DNA of 64,000 nucleotides from an uncultured Bacteroidia bacterium (GTDB lineage Bacteria; Bacteroidota; Bacteroidia; Bacteroidales; CAJPTX01). Numbering within the stretch: the stretch's first letter is position 1; the number at the start of each line of letters is the position of its first letter. Both the position numbers and the translations under genes were made by a program. Under the pieces are notes generated by a model. The model saw nothing but the letters and a program-made list of their open reading frames with translations, had not been told where the DNA came from and ran no database searches. Where the stretch lies: NCBI GenBank assembly GCA_963546395.1, contig CAUUMS010000002.1, positions 124,181 to 188,180 of the forward strand. The letters run 5' to 3'. Shown piece by piece: positions 63,166-64,000 of the stretch.

Positions 63166-63352
63166 CCTCTTTGTCCGTTTTATGTGGCGTGCTGCGCCAC
63201 TGGCCAGAGAATGACAATTATTGTGCCACTGCTGTAAGTGACTGATAATCAGTAGTGAACAGATTTTACACCTGTTCACCATCGGACACATTGCCCGCCT
63301 GGCGGACACGATGTGCCAGAGGCAGCTCGGTGCAGGTAGGGCAGCACTGGCG

Positions 63353-63410
63353 ATGTACCAAAGCCCAATTTGCACCGCAAAATACGGTTTTGATGCGTTG
63401 TTGCTATGGC
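63353..63410. repeat. Intergenic imperfect-palindrome repeat, copy D (most diverged)
   Basis: The sequence is ATGTACCAAAGCCCAATTTG-caccg-CAAAATACGGTTTTGATGCG-TTGTTGCTATGGC. It lies in the efflux/groES divergent spacer. Confidence 0.65.
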
Positions 63411-63472
63411 AGTGTCAGGTTGCTGCGGGGTTGCGCAGTGGGGTAACTTTTCGGAGTTTGAGCCAGATGCTA

Positions 63473-63480
63473 TACCTTTG
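63473..63480 (+). promoter_or_regulatory. -7 promoter box (TACCTTTG) upstream of groES
   Basis: It is an exact TAnnTTTG match. It lies 172 nt upstream of the groES ATG, which implies a long leader if it is used. Confidence 0.4.
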
Positions 63481-63651
63481 CGGGCCGCTAAGGCGTGTGC
63501 CATTTTGGCGTACTTCGAGGCGATCTCGTGCGACAGAATGGATCCGATGCTGCCATTTGGGGCTTTGGCACGCATTTGGCATAGGGCCTAGATGATGACT
63601 TGTGCGAGAGGATTTAGGGGAGTTCATTAACCGATAAATTTTGTAGAAGTT

Positions 63652-63930
63652 ATGTCGACGATCAATGTGAAGCCTCTGGCTGACCGGGTGTTGATAGAGC
63701 CCATGGCGGCTGAAGAGCGGACGGCGAGTGGGATCATCATCCCCGACACGGCCAAGGAGAAGCCTCAGCGGGGCACTGTGCGCGCCGTGGGATCGGGCAC
63801 CAAGGATGTCACCATGGAGGTGAAGCCGGGCGATGTGGTGCTCTACGGCAAGTACAGCGGCACGGAGGTCACGGTGGATGATGTGGACTACATCATCATG
63901 AAGCAGAACGATATTCTCGCGGTAATCTAG
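63652..63930 (+). CDS. groES: Co-chaperonin GroES
   Basis: [17 protein letters not shown]...[26 protein letters not shown]...[14 protein letters not shown] matches GroES along the full length of 92 aa. Confidence 0.95.
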   Translation: MSTINVKPLADRVLIEPMAAEERTASGIIIPDTAKEKPQRGTVRAVGSGTKDVTMEVKPGDVVLYGKYSGTEVTVDDVDYIIMKQNDILAVI

Positions 63931-64000
63931 ATCTTCGGCGGGCTGCGCAGTCGTCGCCACTCTAGATCTGTGGCGCAATGCCGGCCCTTTGCGGGCAGAG

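Noticed and set aside
63255-63279. The 8-bp inverted repeat GTGAACAG-N9-CTGTTCAC lies upstream of the efflux operon and could be an operator.
   Set aside because: My estimate is that about a dozen 8-bp inverted repeats with spacers of 12 nt or less are expected by chance in 64 kb. No regulator gene is adjacent. I kept it as a note inside the efflux finding only.
63166-63375. The ORF track extends the efflux adaptor gene upstream by 70 codons.
   Set aside because: The extension is Cys/His-rich and runs across repeat copy D. A Met followed by a basic stretch and a TM anchor at 63165 is the typical MFP start.
63925-63972. A direct repeat of TCTAGATCT flanks 27 nt just after groES.
   Set aside because: It is short, built from self-complementary hexamers, and sits in the normal groES-groEL spacer. 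There is no evidence of function beyond a possible weak hairpin.
1-64000. I searched by eye for CRISPR arrays, IS elements or transposases, integrases, prophage genes, rRNA and tRNA genes, and known defence-system signatures (restriction-modification, Abi and CBASS-type motifs).
   Set aside because: I found none. No array of spaced direct repeats is present, no DDE or tyrosine-recombinase motifs are present, and every large ORF is accounted for by the calls above.

Overview
This is a high-GC chromosomal segment from a member of the Bacteroidota, probably Bacteroidales-like. Three things support that call: a Por/T9SS C-terminal sorting domain, recurrent TAnnTTTG -7 promoter boxes, and the parA-parB-DUF5683-LysM lytic transglycosylase synteny. 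Sampled 60-nt lines in core genes are about 60% G+C. The window is densely coding and mostly housekeeping. Genes I recognise are rnz, a prolyl oligopeptidase, recJ, lipB-lipA, frr-pyrH, rimP-nusA-infB-purB, an MsbA-like ABC exporter, nadC-nadA, an acyl-CoA ligase, mutS2, gltX, ribF, nrnA, recF plus DUF721, mscL, parAB, a MacAB-type efflux operon and groES. I found no rRNA, tRNA, CRISPR array, transposase or integrase. The parts not explained by ordinary core-gene annotation are listed here. (1) A single 9.6-kb ORF encodes a 3,207-aa T9SS-sorted S8 subtilase followed by a very long, mixed train of adhesion and carbohydrate-binding-type modules. (2) A roughly 1.6-kb low-GC islet between the acyl-CoA ligase gene and mutS2 carries two orphan, immunity-protein-like genes. 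(3) A family of roughly 45-60-bp imperfect palindromic intergenic repeats has four clear copies. (4) A terminator-like hairpin with a U-tract sits between the predicted rimP-nusA-infB promoter and the rimP start, and is a candidate attenuator. (5) An MBOAT gene plus two SGNH-hydrolase genes are fused into the parAB/lytic-transglycosylase operon, giving a PatA/PatB/Ape-like O-acetylation candidate. (6) A 56-aa 2x[4Fe-4S] ferredoxin gene is missing from the ORF track and is preceded by about 690 bp with no ORF. Because of the high GC content, many long antisense ORFs and N-terminal over-extensions in the ORF track are artefacts, and I list them as rejected. All family assignments come from reading motifs by eye and none has been confirmed by a database search.
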